DNA of 64,000 nucleotides from Candidatus Hydrogenedens sp. (GCA_049968235.1 JBMFRC010000012.1:32001-96000), one strand, 5' to 3'; shown: positions 30,490 to 44,152, numbered from the stretch's first letter. A program made the numbers and translations. The notes: generated by a model from the letters alone, not told the origin.

Positions 30490-31371
30490 CTATTCCTCTT
30501 GTTCTTTACACCAAAAATCGGCATGATACGAACTTCTAACTTCGGGACCTGCAATAACTTTTAATGATAGATTCTTTCCTGCCCACTCTTCATAAAAACG
30601 AAATTCATCAGGGGATATAAAATTAGATACAGGCAATTGTCGGGGTGTAGGTTGTAGATATTGTCCAATAGTAACTATTGAACAACCAACACTGTCAAGG
30701 TCTTTTAATGTTTGTAAAACTTCATCCTGAGTTTCAGATAAACCTACCATAATACCGGATTTTGTCTTTGTTACCCGCGATATTTCTTTAACTTTATTCA
30801 GGACAGATAAAGAAACCTGATAGGAACATTTTTTATCTCTTACAATAGGGTGTAATCGTTCAACAGTTTCGAGATTATGAGAAAAAACATCGGGATTTGC
30901 TTTAAGAATCGTTTCTAATGAAGACATATTCCCTTGAAAATCAGATACAAGAACTTCAACTTTTCTTTTGGGGAATACTTTTTTGAGAGATGAGACAATC
31001 TCAAAAATATGATTAGCTCCACCATCTAACAAGTCATCTCGAGTTACCATTGTTAAAATAATATATTGTAACCCCATTACCTCGACAGCCTTTAATATTT
31101 TATCTTTTTCAAAAGGGTCCGGTGATAACGGTTGTCCTTTTTTCACTGCACAAAATGAACATCTGCGAGAACATATATCACCAAGAAGTAGAAAAGTGGC
31201 TGTTTTACGCGACCAGCATTCTGCTCGATTAGGACATAAAGCACTTTTACAAACGGTAGATATTCCTAACTCTTCTAATAAAGAAGAAACCTGCTTTATT
31301 CCATTTGTATCAGGAACTCTAAAACGTATCCATTTAGGAAATGATTTCTTTGTATATGTTTTGCAGTCCAT
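30490..31371 (-). CDS. lipA: lipoyl synthase
   Basis: N-terminal CPNRAECW auxiliary cluster motif plus radical-SAM CSRRCSFCAV; 293 aa. Confidence 0.9.
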   Translation of the reverse strand: MDCKTYTKKSFPKWIRFRVPDTNGIKQVSSLLEELGISTVCKSALCPNRAECWSRKTATFLLLGDICSRRCSFCAVKKGQPLSPDPFEKDKILKAVEVMGLQYIILTMVTRDDLLDGGANHIFEIVSSLKKVFPKRKVEVLVSDFQGNMSSLETILKANPDVFSHNLETVERLHPIVRDKKCSYQVSLSVLNKVKEISRVTKTKSGIMVGLSETQDEVLQTLKDLDSVGCSIVTIGQYLQPTPRQLPVSNFISPDEFRFYEEWAGKNLSLKVIAGPEVRSSYHADFWCKEQEE

Positions 31372-31497
31372 AGGTATGTCTCGTGAGTTGAATTGAAAAG
31401 GAATTATATCATGAATATGTAAAGATGATAAAATGTTTCATATTTGATATAATTAATATCCATAATACAAAATAAATTTAAACTCGTCTAAAAGGAT

Positions 31498-32247
31498 TTG
31501 ATAATGAGCAAGGACGAGGAAAAAAAAGAATCAAAAAGTTTATTTGGGAAACTACGGTTTGGGAATTTAAATGAGGTCTGGTCTGCAAATCGCAAACCTC
31601 AAGAAGAGATTGTAAAACCACAGGAAAAAGTAGAAGAGAAAAAGACCGTAGTTCCACAAGAGCCTACTCGTCAGATAGTTAAAGAAAATGAATCTATAAC
31701 AATCTCAAAACCCCAAAAAACAGGACTTAAAATTATGGTTATTCCCGAGAATGTTTATATTGAAGGTTCCATTAGAGGTGAATGTGATTCGGAAATATAT
31801 GGAAAAATAAATGGAAATATCCAAATAAAAGGAAATCTCGTGTTGGGGAAAACAGCAGAGGTAAAGGGAAGTATTAAATCGATGTCCGCTTCTATTGATG
31901 GTATTGTCGAAGGAAAAATTGAAACTACCAACGATGTAGAAATTGGTCCTAATAGTAAAATTCAAGCAGAATTAATATCAGGACAGAAGATAATTGTATC
32001 CGGACAGGTCAATGGAAGTATTTGTGCAGAAGTTGGAGTAAAACTTCAACAATCTGCAAAATTAAATGGTGATATAATAGCGTTAAAGTGGTTTAGCATT
32101 CAGGAAGGGGCTGTTTTTAATGGAAATTGTTCTATGAAGCGAACAGAACAGACCCCAAAACCTCAACCAACAGAACAACCTAAAAATATTCAACAATCCA
32201 GTCCTTCTGTTCATGTCAATCTACAAAATCAACAAATAAAAAAGTGA
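31498..32247 (+). CDS. bactofilin-family cytoskeletal protein
   Basis: Repetitive beta-helical bactofilin (DUF583) pattern (IEGSIRGECDSEIYGKINGNIQIKGNLVLGKTAEVKGSI...) with disordered N- and C-terminal tails. Confidence 0.7.
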   Translation: MIMSKDEEKKESKSLFGKLRFGNLNEVWSANRKPQEEIVKPQEKVEEKKTVVPQEPTRQIVKENESITISKPQKTGLKIMVIPENVYIEGSIRGECDSEIYGKINGNIQIKGNLVLGKTAEVKGSIKSMSASIDGIVEGKIETTNDVEIGPNSKIQAELISGQKIIVSGQVNGSICAEVGVKLQQSAKLNGDIIALKWFSIQEGAVFNGNCSMKRTEQTPKPQPTEQPKNIQQSSPSVHVNLQNQQIKK

Positions 32248-32325
32248 AATTAGGGGTTACTATTAACTTTTTCTATATCTTAATCGTATCTATAATAAAA
32301 TATAGAAAAAAGAAAGGAGAGAAAT

Positions 32326-33027
32326 ATGCCAATATATATGTTTCATCCTGCTGATTTGTTGATTATTCCCGCTGCATTATTTGCAATCTGGGCACAACTA
32401 AAAGTAAAAAGTACCTACCAGAAATATGCTTCTATGCCTACACAACGAAAAATAACAGGTCTAGATGTAGCACGATGGATACTTCAAAGAGAAAATATCC
32501 ATGATGTTGATGTCGAAATTACAGAAGGAGAATTAACAGACCATTTTGACCCAATAAGCAAAAAGGTCCGTTTATCTGAACCTGTATATTATGGTGATAG
32601 TATTGCTTCAGTAGGAATTTCTGCCCATGAATTAGGACATGTTATACAGCATGCAAGGAATTATGCTCCTATGCAGGTTCGACAATTTATTTATCCAGTA
32701 AGTTCATTAGGTTCAAACCTCGCTTTCCCGTTAATTATATTTGGTATTCTTTTAACTTATCTAGGTATTCATGCACAATGGCTAATTAGCGCAGGAATCT
32801 ATATGTTTTCTTTAGCAGTTTTGTTTACAGTTATTACCTTACCTGTTGAATTCAATGCGAGCAAAAGAGCCATAAAAATACTATCCGATGGAAGATTACT
32901 TACAGAAGAAGAGTTAGATGGAGTTCGTGCAGTATTAAGTGCAGCCGCATTAACTTATGTCGCTGCAGCCGCAACTGCAATATTACAATTAATTCGACTA
33001 TTAATAATTTTTAGAGGCCGTGAATGA
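32326..33027 (+). CDS. YugP-type membrane zinc metallopeptidase
   Basis: HELGHVIQH zinc motif; about 230 aa with flanking TM helices, as in the COG2738/YugP family. Confidence 0.7.
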   Translation: MPIYMFHPADLLIIPAALFAIWAQLKVKSTYQKYASMPTQRKITGLDVARWILQRENIHDVDVEITEGELTDHFDPISKKVRLSEPVYYGDSIASVGISAHELGHVIQHARNYAPMQVRQFIYPVSSLGSNLAFPLIIFGILLTYLGIHAQWLISAGIYMFSLAVLFTVITLPVEFNASKRAIKILSDGRLLTEEELDGVRAVLSAAALTYVAAAATAILQLIRLLIIFRGRE

Positions 33028-34178
33028 TATTCCTGCAAAAATGCAGAGAAAAAATAATAATTCTTCTTACGATTTTAATTTTAACTGCTATTTTTATTCC
33101 TGTAATAGGCGAAGAAGTATCCGAAGCTATCCGTATTCGTGCTGAAGGTTATGCAGAAGGTCCTTCGTATCTGGTTCGACAGATGGCATTAGGGGAAGCA
33201 CAAAAAAACGCTATAGAAAAGTATCTCCTTTCAATCTTATCTGAAGAGCATCTAAAATATTTAAATCCCTTACTTAATAAATCATCTCTTTATATAATAT
33301 CGTTTAAAATCTTAAACGAAAATACAACAAATGATAAATCTGTTGTCGAATTAGATGTTGAGATAAATGATGAATTAATAAACAAAGATATTACAACACT
33401 ATTAATCCCTTACAGAACTGACCTACCCACAATTTCAATGTACATACTTGATTTATATACACAAGATAAGAATTCAAATTTTTTAGAGTGTATAAATGCC
33501 TATGAAGTTATAGAAAAGAAACTAACTAACCTTAAATTTTCAGTTAAAAAAACAAATATTGAGAACAATTATAGTAAAAGTGACATTTTTCAATTAATAG
33601 AAGATGGACTGGCAGGGAAAAAAAAGATTGCTATGAGTCAGGATTCTGATGTTTTTGTTCTGGGAGTAAATCAATACGAAATCATTGGAGATATTTATAA
33701 TACCCAGATGCAAAAAGTTCGATGTAATCTTACCTTAGAATTATTTAGAGTATCTGATGGGAAACTATTGGATGCTTTTACCGTATCTGCCTCTGTTCAA
33801 GGTAAAAATTCTTCAGATGCACAGAAACAATCTGCGGAAGATTGTGCCTTAAAATCAATTCAAAAAATAATTACCTGCTCTTTTTTATCAACACTGAATT
33901 GTCCAAAAAACATAAAAGATGTCTTTCTTTATTTTGATAATTTTAACGACAAAAATCTAATAAAGAAGATTATAGATTATCTGGAAGTAGTTACCTATGG
34001 AGGTAAAACAGAACTGATTTTTGAGACACCTAAAAGAACAAAGTATTTATTAATGTTTGATGGTCCTATAGTTCATATAGTTGATTCCATTTATAATAAC
34101 AACCAACTAAAGAACAAGATTATTATAAAAAAAGTAGTAGACCGTGATATTTATTTGATAAATTCTAATAGCAATTAA
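33024..34178 (+). CDS. hypothetical secreted/membrane-anchored protein
   Basis: ATGA overlap with the upstream yugP-like gene; N-terminal hydrophobic segment; no recognisable catalytic motif; Asn/Lys-rich. Confidence 0.4.
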   Translation: MIFLQKCREKIIILLTILILTAIFIPVIGEEVSEAIRIRAEGYAEGPSYLVRQMALGEAQKNAIEKYLLSILSEEHLKYLNPLLNKSSLYIISFKILNENTTNDKSVVELDVEINDELINKDITTLLIPYRTDLPTISMYILDLYTQDKNSNFLECINAYEVIEKKLTNLKFSVKKTNIENNYSKSDIFQLIEDGLAGKKKIAMSQDSDVFVLGVNQYEIIGDIYNTQMQKVRCNLTLELFRVSDGKLLDAFTVSASVQGKNSSDAQKQSAEDCALKSIQKIITCSFLSTLNCPKNIKDVFLYFDNFNDKNLIKKIIDYLEVVTYGGKTELIFETPKRTKYLLMFDGPIVHIVDSIYNNNQLKNKIIIKKVVDRDIYLINSNSN

Positions 34179-34768
34179 TTTCTATCAAGTTCACTTTCTA
34201 TGGTTTCAATAACTTTGGAATCGTCAGGCTTTACTTTGGGTTCAAAACGGGCTACTGTTTTACCATCTTTGCCAATGAGAAATTTTGTAAAATTCCATTT
34301 GATACTTCCGTCAAAAGGAGCATTATCTTTAGATGTAAGAAATTTGTACAGAGGACAAATATCGGAACCGTCAACAGAAACTTTTTCAAATAAAGGAAAT
34401 GATATTTTATAGTTAATGTCACAAAACTTTTTAATCTCTTCATTACTTCCAGGTTCTTGATTCATAAAATTATTTGCAGGAAATCCAAGAATAACAAAAC
34501 CACGGTCTTTATATTTCTGATATAGACTTTCTAATTGTTGATATTGCGGTGTAAAACCACACCGCGACGCAGTATTAACAATCATGACAACTTTCCCTTT
34601 ATATTGTTGCAAATCTACCTCTTGACCCTCTATGGACTTAACCTTAAATTTAAGAGGTGTGTCTTGAGACCTTTGTTCTGCAGTTATATTCTTTTGTGGT
34701 AGGAAACTAAACACAAAAGAAACTAACAAACTGAATATAAATCTGTAAAGTAAATAAATATTTTTCAT
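34175..34768 (-). CDS. glutathione peroxidase (Cys-type), secreted
   Basis: NTASRCGFT (catalytic Cys encoded by TGT, not TGA), FPANNF and WNFTKFL GPx blocks. The signal peptide starts at MKNIYLL (34768); the track ORF extends to 34810. Confidence 0.85.
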   Translation of the reverse strand: MKNIYLLYRFIFSLLVSFVFSFLPQKNITAEQRSQDTPLKFKVKSIEGQEVDLQQYKGKVVMIVNTASRCGFTPQYQQLESLYQKYKDRGFVILGFPANNFMNQEPGSNEEIKKFCDINYKISFPLFEKVSVDGSDICPLYKFLTSKDNAPFDGSIKWNFTKFLIGKDGKTVARFEPKVKPDDSKVIETIESELDRN

Positions 34769-34873
34769 TATTTTTTCTCCTAAAATATTTGACTTCTCAT
34801 ATAGTAACAAAAAACTTATAACTACTATTTCACAATAAATAGAAAGTTACAAATAACATCAACACAAATATAA

Positions 34874-37396
34874 ATGATAAAATTAGATATAAAAAAAGAA
34901 GGGAAGAATATGACAGTTAATAAGAAGACAATACATTTAATTGGACATGCCCATATAGACCCGGTATGGTTATGGAGATGGACAGAAGGTTATACTGAAG
35001 TCCGAAGTACTTTTCAGAGTGTAATTAACTTAATGAAAGAATACCCCGAATTTAAGTTTACTTCAAGCAGTTCCTGTTTTTATGAATGGATTGAAGCATC
35101 AGAACCAGAATTATTACAAGAAATTAAGAAAAGGGTTGAAGAAAGAAGATGGGAAATTACAGGAGCTTTTTATGTAGAACCCGATTGTAATATTCCTTCC
35201 GGAGAATCATTTGTTCGACATGGTTTATATTCCCAACGATTGTTCCAAAGATTATTTAATAAAAAACCAAAAGTTGCATTTGCTCCAGATAGTTTTGGAC
35301 ATGCAGGAACATTGCCCCAAATATTGAGTAAATTAGGAATAAAATACTATATTTATATGAGACCTTCACCTGGTAAAGAAAAAGAGTATCCTGATGGGAC
35401 CACATTTAAATGGGTTTCCCCTGATGGCACACATATAATTACATCAGTAATCCCTGAGAGTTATGGTGGTGAGTATGAAGAAGTATTCCAAAAAATTGAA
35501 AATATAGAAAAATATCCGTATTGGAATAAAAACCAACAAGAATTCTTATGCTTTTTTGGAGTTTGTAATCACGGAGGAGGTCCTACACGAATAACATTAG
35601 AAAACATTCAAAACAAACAAAAGAAAATAAAAAAATACAAATCACAATTTTCTACACTTGAAGAATATTTCAATCAAATAATAAAAAAACAAAAAAATAT
35701 ACCTGTTATAAAAGATGAACTACAACATCACGCAAGAGGATGTTATAGTGTCCTATCAGATATAAAAAAATTAAACAGACAATTAGAACATAAAATACTT
35801 ATGGCAGAAAGATGTGCCACAGCAGGATGGTTATTGAAAGAGACAAAATACCCGGAAACAGTATTTGAAGCAATCTGGAAAGATTTGTTATTTAATCAAT
35901 TCCACGATATTTTAGCAGGAACAAGTATTATAGAAGCCTATCAAGATACAAGAGACCAGTTAGGTGCGGGAAGGCATAGAGCAGATATAATTATCAATCT
36001 AACAATACAGAAGATTGCGAAGAGCATCAATACACAAGGTGAAGGAAACGCTATTGTTGTTATAAATCCTCTTGCCTGGCCTGTTAAACAACCCGTAATT
36101 GTTTCTGAAATAATATCTCGCAATATATGCACCCGGGAGGGAGATATAGAATTGATAAATGATGAACAAATCTGCTGTTCTATTCAAACTATACAATCAA
36201 GTAGACCTGGTTCAAAGAAGTATGTATTTATCGCAGAAGTTCCTTCTTTGGGGTATAGGGTGTATTATGCCCGACAGGAGTGTGAAGAACATAAGAAAAT
36301 TCACAAATTAAAAATTAAGCCCCATACTATTCCATGTCCACCAATAATAGATAAGAACCGTTTAGAAAATAATTTTTGGAATATAGAGTTTGATTTTGTT
36401 CGTGGAGGTATTTCTCGTTTATATGATAAAACACATAAAATTGATGTAATTAAACATTTAGGAATGCCTATTTCTTTAGTAGATGCTTCAGATACATGGA
36501 GCCATGATGTATCAGAATATCGTGTAGAAACGGGGAAATTTACTCTTACGGATATGGTAATAAAAGAAAGAGGTGAGGTCCTTGCCAGTATGGTTCAGGA
36601 ATTTCAATACAATCAATCAAAGGTTATACAAGAAGTTATATTATATAAAGACATAGAAGATATAGATATTCATTTGACTATACTCTGGTTAGAAAAATAT
36701 AAAGTATTGAAATGGCTTGCGGATACAAATATTCTCAATGGAATAGCTACTTATGAAGTTCCTTATGGTATTCAAATTCGTCCTTGTAATGGGGAAGAGG
36801 AGGTAGGGCAACAATGGATAGACCTATCTGGAGATATTGATGGGAAATCCTATGGGCTATCAGTTATTACCGATAGCAACTATGGTTACGATATTAAAGA
36901 AGGTATTATCCGAATAACACTTTTACGTAGTCCTGCTTATGCGCATCATGACCCAGAAAGATATCACGTTTCGAGTAATTACCCTATTATAGACCAGGGA
37001 TGGAAAGAAATGAGACTTAGGCTTATTCCACATACTGGTAGTTGGAAAGATACGAGAGTTATAAAATCTGCATGGGAACTTAATGTTCCTCTAATAGCAC
37101 AATATGAGCATTCCCATCCGGGGAGAAGAGGTCTTCAAGCCACATTATTAGGAACAGAAGCAGAGAACATTCTTATTTCTGTTGTTAAGAAAAGTGAAGA
37201 TGGCAATGACTTAATCATAAGGGCTTATGAAACTCATGGTAAAGAAACATTTACAAACTTACACCTTACCTTTGCACAATTTGTTCATCCGCTCAAATTC
37301 AGCCCTTTTGAAATTAAAACAGTGAGGATTAATCTCAGCAAGAAAGAAGTAATAGAAACAAACCTTTTGGAAGAGATAAACAATGGAGAAGATTGA
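34874..37396 (+). CDS. glycoside hydrolase family 38 alpha-mannosidase (second copy)
   Basis: HLIGHAHIDPVWLW GH38 N-terminal block; 840 aa. Alternative start at 34910 (MTVNKK), which is preceded by GAAGGGAAG. Confidence 0.8.
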   Translation: MIKLDIKKEGKNMTVNKKTIHLIGHAHIDPVWLWRWTEGYTEVRSTFQSVINLMKEYPEFKFTSSSSCFYEWIEASEPELLQEIKKRVEERRWEITGAFYVEPDCNIPSGESFVRHGLYSQRLFQRLFNKKPKVAFAPDSFGHAGTLPQILSKLGIKYYIYMRPSPGKEKEYPDGTTFKWVSPDGTHIITSVIPESYGGEYEEVFQKIENIEKYPYWNKNQQEFLCFFGVCNHGGGPTRITLENIQNKQKKIKKYKSQFSTLEEYFNQIIKKQKNIPVIKDELQHHARGCYSVLSDIKKLNRQLEHKILMAERCATAGWLLKETKYPETVFEAIWKDLLFNQFHDILAGTSIIEAYQDTRDQLGAGRHRADIIINLTIQKIAKSINTQGEGNAIVVINPLAWPVKQPVIVSEIISRNICTREGDIELINDEQICCSIQTIQSSRPGSKKYVFIAEVPSLGYRVYYARQECEEHKKIHKLKIKPHTIPCPPIIDKNRLENNFWNIEFDFVRGGISRLYDKTHKIDVIKHLGMPISLVDASDTWSHDVSEYRVETGKFTLTDMVIKERGEVLASMVQEFQYNQSKVIQEVILYKDIEDIDIHLTILWLEKYKVLKWLADTNILNGIATYEVPYGIQIRPCNGEEEVGQQWIDLSGDIDGKSYGLSVITDSNYGYDIKEGIIRITLLRSPAYAHHDPERYHVSSNYPIIDQGWKEMRLRLIPHTGSWKDTRVIKSAWELNVPLIAQYEHSHPGRRGLQATLLGTEAENILISVVKKSEDGNDLIIRAYETHGKETFTNLHLTFAQFVHPLKFSPFEIKTVRINLSKKEVIETNLLEEINNGED

Positions 37397-37835
37397 AAGA
37401 ATTGAAGAAATATGCTTATCTGTTCTTAAAGAAAGCCAGGACCCCTGGGTTCCCTTAGATATATTGATTCAGAAATGTAAGGAAATGATAGGAGAAGATA
37501 GAGTTGATGAATCGATAATTGTTTCATTTCTAAAAAATCATCCTGAAGTAAAGATATTTGCCCCGCTTTTTCCGGATATTCAAGAAATGAAAAGTGTATT
37601 GGTAGAGAAGGGATTAAAAATACAACCCATAGTTATCTTAAAAAGGCGATTACCTGACGAAAAAGATATTTTTTTATGGATGTATAAACATTTAGAAAAT
37701 TTATTGGTTATGCTTGGGAATATGGAAAAAGAAGCAAGAACAGAAACAAAAAAACAACAAATCGGTATAGTTATAGATAAAACAAAAAAATTATTAGAAA
37801 AACTGAAAAATTTAGCCAGTAGAAAAAATACATAG
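37383..37835 (+). CDS. hypothetical protein
   Basis: 150-aa ORF overlapping the mannosidase stop by 14 nt; K/E-rich C-terminus; no identifiable motif. Confidence 0.4.
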   Translation: MEKIERIEEICLSVLKESQDPWVPLDILIQKCKEMIGEDRVDESIIVSFLKNHPEVKIFAPLFPDIQEMKSVLVEKGLKIQPIVILKRRLPDEKDIFLWMYKHLENLLVMLGNMEKEARTETKKQQIGIVIDKTKKLLEKLKNLASRKNT

Positions 37836-37838
37836 AAT

Positions 37839-39194
37839 ATGTTATTAATGGGTTTTTTATATACATTTATTTTCATGGAACCGGAAGTAATAACCTTGAA
37901 TTTGTCTCCAGTAATTCGTGATATTATTGTAGAAGATATAAATGGGGATGATAAGAAAGATTTGATTGTCTTTTCTTCAGAAGAAGATGGATACGAAAAG
38001 AAATTAACAATTTATTATCAGCGAACAGAGACGCCCAAATTTGATAAAAACTATTCATTCAGTTCCCGGATAAATGTGCCATGTTCTGTGATATTTCCAA
38101 CAAAAATAAAAAACAATCATAATTTTCTCGTTATTGCAAATAGTGAAAATCTTCATGTTTACAAGTTTGAAAAAGATGTAATGTCGTTGGAGGACACAGT
38201 ACAGTATCTCAATGCCTTTTCATATAACGCAAAAGAGCCTGTAGTTATGCGTGATATATCGTTTGATTTAGATAATGATGGTACTGATGAATGGTTTATT
38301 CCAACTTCAAAAGGGGTTACAATATTTAAAGATTTATCACCAATTTCAGAAATAGATTTCCATATATTCCATGAAATCTATTCAGGTAATAACATGACAC
38401 TTTTTTATCAATTTCCTGTAATATATCCACTAAAAAAGAGTAAAGAAAATCCAAAACCGGTCAGTTTTTTAGGTGATAAAGAAATAACGTTTGCATACGG
38501 AGAAAATTGGAAGTTAACAAAAAAAATAAAGATAGAAAGAAAAAATCCAGAAAAGTGGGATTCAACATATAGATTGGGAGATATAAATAATGATGGGTTC
38601 CCCGATATTTTATTTACCGAAACACAAGGTACAATAAATTTAAAGACAATACTTTACATATATATATCAGAGGGAGCGTATAAATATCCAGCAAATCCAC
38701 AATTTGAATATAAAATAAAAGGTGCAGTTTCTTTGCCTATTATAAAAGATATAAATAATGACGGTAAAGATGATTTAATACTTTTCAATATTCCTTTAGG
38801 TTTGACAAATTTCATAAACTTCTTTTTGAGAGGTAAAATGTCTGTTGAGACAAAGGTATTTTTAGCAAATACTAATTATCTCTCTTCAAAACCTGATTAC
38901 CAGACAACGATGACTATGGATGCTCCGGACGGAAAAGACCAGATTGCTTACGCAATAGATGACTTTTCAGGTGATGGTATTCTTGATATTGCCTATGGAC
39001 AATCTCAAAATACAATACAAATCAACATAGGTCTGCAAGAGGGAAATTTGAAAACGAAACAATGGACAAAAGTGAGTGTTCCTGCATTCGGTATTATAAG
39101 AACAAGTTATATAAATGATAATAAGAGTAAAGATATAATTATATACCGTCCAACAGGTAAAAATAAGGAACGAGTAGATATTATCCTTTTTTAA
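37839..39194 (+). CDS. FG-GAP/VCBS-like repeat (beta-propeller) protein
   Basis: Repeated Ca-binding loop-like motifs DINGDDKKDLIVF, DLDNDGTDEWFI, DINNDGFPDILF, DINNDGKDDLILF, FSGDGILDIAYG spaced about 50-60 aa apart. Confidence 0.55.
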   Translation: MLLMGFLYTFIFMEPEVITLNLSPVIRDIIVEDINGDDKKDLIVFSSEEDGYEKKLTIYYQRTETPKFDKNYSFSSRINVPCSVIFPTKIKNNHNFLVIANSENLHVYKFEKDVMSLEDTVQYLNAFSYNAKEPVVMRDISFDLDNDGTDEWFIPTSKGVTIFKDLSPISEIDFHIFHEIYSGNNMTLFYQFPVIYPLKKSKENPKPVSFLGDKEITFAYGENWKLTKKIKIERKNPEKWDSTYRLGDINNDGFPDILFTETQGTINLKTILYIYISEGAYKYPANPQFEYKIKGAVSLPIIKDINNDGKDDLILFNIPLGLTNFINFFLRGKMSVETKVFLANTNYLSSKPDYQTTMTMDAPDGKDQIAYAIDDFSGDGILDIAYGQSQNTIQINIGLQEGNLKTKQWTKVSVPAFGIIRTSYINDNKSKDIIIYRPTGKNKERVDIILF

Positions 39195-39217
39195 AGCTCG
39201 TAATAAACCATAGTTAG

Positions 39218-42345
<3,128 letters not shown>

Positions 42346-42357
42346 AAGGAAAAGACG

Positions 42358-43125
42358 GTGTCAAAAGAAGTTATTCTTAAAGTAGAGTCACTGCAGGTAC
42401 AATACGGAGATAGAGTAATCTTAAAAGATGTATCCTTTGAAGTCTACTCAGGAGAAATATTTTTAATCGTAGGGGGTAGTGGTTGCGGGAAAACAACATT
42501 ACTAAAAGCAATATGTGGCTTACTGAAACCAACAAATGGTAATGTCTATATCCAGGGACAAAATATAACTTTGCTGGACGAAGAAGAATTACAAAAAATA
42601 CAGCAGAATATTGGTATCGCCTTTCAATCAAGTGGTTTAATTAATTCTATTACTATAGGTGATAATGTAGCATTACCGCTTAGAGAATATGGTATGGTTG
42701 ACCCACATATTCTTAATGAAGTAGTCCGCATTAAGTTAAGTTTAGTTGGATTGGCAGGAATTGAAGATAGGATGCCCGAAGAATTATCAGGTGGAATGAA
42801 AAAACGAGCAGGATTAGCACGTGCATTAGCATTAGACCCCCCCTTGGTGTTTTTCGATGAACCTTCGGCAGGTTTAGACCCTATTATTGCCTGCGAATTA
42901 GATGAATTGATTATAAATTTAAGAAATCTTTTAGGAATAACCTTTATTATTGTAAGTCATGAACTTGAGTCCATTAAGAAAATTGCTGATCGTATTCTAA
43001 TGCTTGATGAAGGACATGCAATTTTTTGTGGTACTATGGAAGAAGTAAAATATACTTCTATACCAAAAGTTAAACAGTTTTTTGAAAGAAAACCTAATGA
43101 ACAAAAATATGTATTTATACACTAA
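42358..43125 (+). CDS. mlaF: ABC transporter ATP-binding protein (MlaF-like)
   Basis: Walker A GGSGCGKTT, signature LSGGMKKRAGLARAL, Walker B LVFFDEPSAGLD. Confidence 0.85.
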   Translation: MSKEVILKVESLQVQYGDRVILKDVSFEVYSGEIFLIVGGSGCGKTTLLKAICGLLKPTNGNVYIQGQNITLLDEEELQKIQQNIGIAFQSSGLINSITIGDNVALPLREYGMVDPHILNEVVRIKLSLVGLAGIEDRMPEELSGGMKKRAGLARALALDPPLVFFDEPSAGLDPIIACELDELIINLRNLLGITFIIVSHELESIKKIADRILMLDEGHAIFCGTMEEVKYTSIPKVKQFFERKPNEQKYVFIH

Positions 43126-43160
43126 TTATTATTCATATAAAAAATCACAAGGATAAAACA

Positions 43161-44150
43161 GTGGCTACCCGTAAACAAAAATTTCAGGTATTTATATTTC
43201 TCTTTGTTTGTTTGTTAATAACTCTTATGATTATTTATTTCGTCTCAGGTATGTACAGTAATTATGGCATTCAATACTGGATTGAATTTGACGAGTCGGT
43301 ATTAGGGGTGTATGAGGGTGGAGTTGTTGAATATTTAGGTGTGCCTGTCGGTAAAGTGGAAGAAATTAGAGTAAGTTCTGAAGGCAAACCAATTGTTGTA
43401 GTTAACATAGACAGCAAAAAAGTAACGCTTCATGAGGGAGTTGAAGCCAATATCGTGATTTATAGTCTTGCAGCAGGAACAATGGCAATTTCACTCAGTG
43501 GAGGAAATCCTCAATCCCCAATCCTTCCGCCGGGGAGCAAAATACCTGCACGCCGTTCTACAATTTCAGCAGTGAGTTCGAGAATTGAAGAACTTATGGA
43601 TGACATGAAAAATATATTGTCACCATTAAAAACAGGCCTTGAAGGGATAAAATCAGGGGATATAACAGAGATAGCAAAAAAGGTAGATAAAGTATTAGAA
43701 AAAGGAGAAACTCTTTTAGATGATTTACAAAAGACAGTGAAAAATATTAATGCAACGATAGAAAAAATAGAACCCCAAATAAGTCAAACGATGAATAGCG
43801 GAGAACAGACTGTCCATAAAATCAAACAACTTTCTGAAAAGGCAGATAAACTTGTTACCGTTATTACAGAAAAAACGGAACAATTAGATATCCAAAAGAT
43901 GCAGAATAATCTGAACTCAACAATTGAGAGAATAAAAAATCTTTCCGATAATGTCGATGGATTAGTCTCTGAATTAAAGGATATTACAAATACAGCCTCT
44001 TATAAGGCAGATAACATAGAATTTTCTTTCCAAAAAACCTTGCAGGAGATTAACTATACATTAGAATCGCTTAGAAATTTACTCGAATCAATTCGCAAAA
44101 ATCCTTCTTCTCTCGTTAGAGGTAAGGTAGTAGATAAGGAGGGAAAATAA
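43161..44150 (+). CDS. mlaD: MCE-domain substrate-binding protein (MlaD-like) with coiled-coil C-terminus
   Basis: N-terminal TM helix then MCE domain (VYEGGVVEYLGVPVGKVEEI); long heptad-like C-terminal region. Confidence 0.75.
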   Translation: MATRKQKFQVFIFLFVCLLITLMIIYFVSGMYSNYGIQYWIEFDESVLGVYEGGVVEYLGVPVGKVEEIRVSSEGKPIVVVNIDSKKVTLHEGVEANIVIYSLAAGTMAISLSGGNPQSPILPPGSKIPARRSTISAVSSRIEELMDDMKNILSPLKTGLEGIKSGDITEIAKKVDKVLEKGETLLDDLQKTVKNINATIEKIEPQISQTMNSGEQTVHKIKQLSEKADKLVTVITEKTEQLDIQKMQNNLNSTIERIKNLSDNVDGLVSELKDITNTASYKADNIEFSFQKTLQEINYTLESLRNLLESIRKNPSSLVRGKVVDKEGK

Positions 44151-44152
44151 TC

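Noticed and set aside
34528-34533. Possible selenocysteine (TGA) in glutathione peroxidase active site
   Set aside because: The catalytic residue in NTASRCGFT is encoded by TGT (Cys) on the minus strand, so this is a Cys-GPx.
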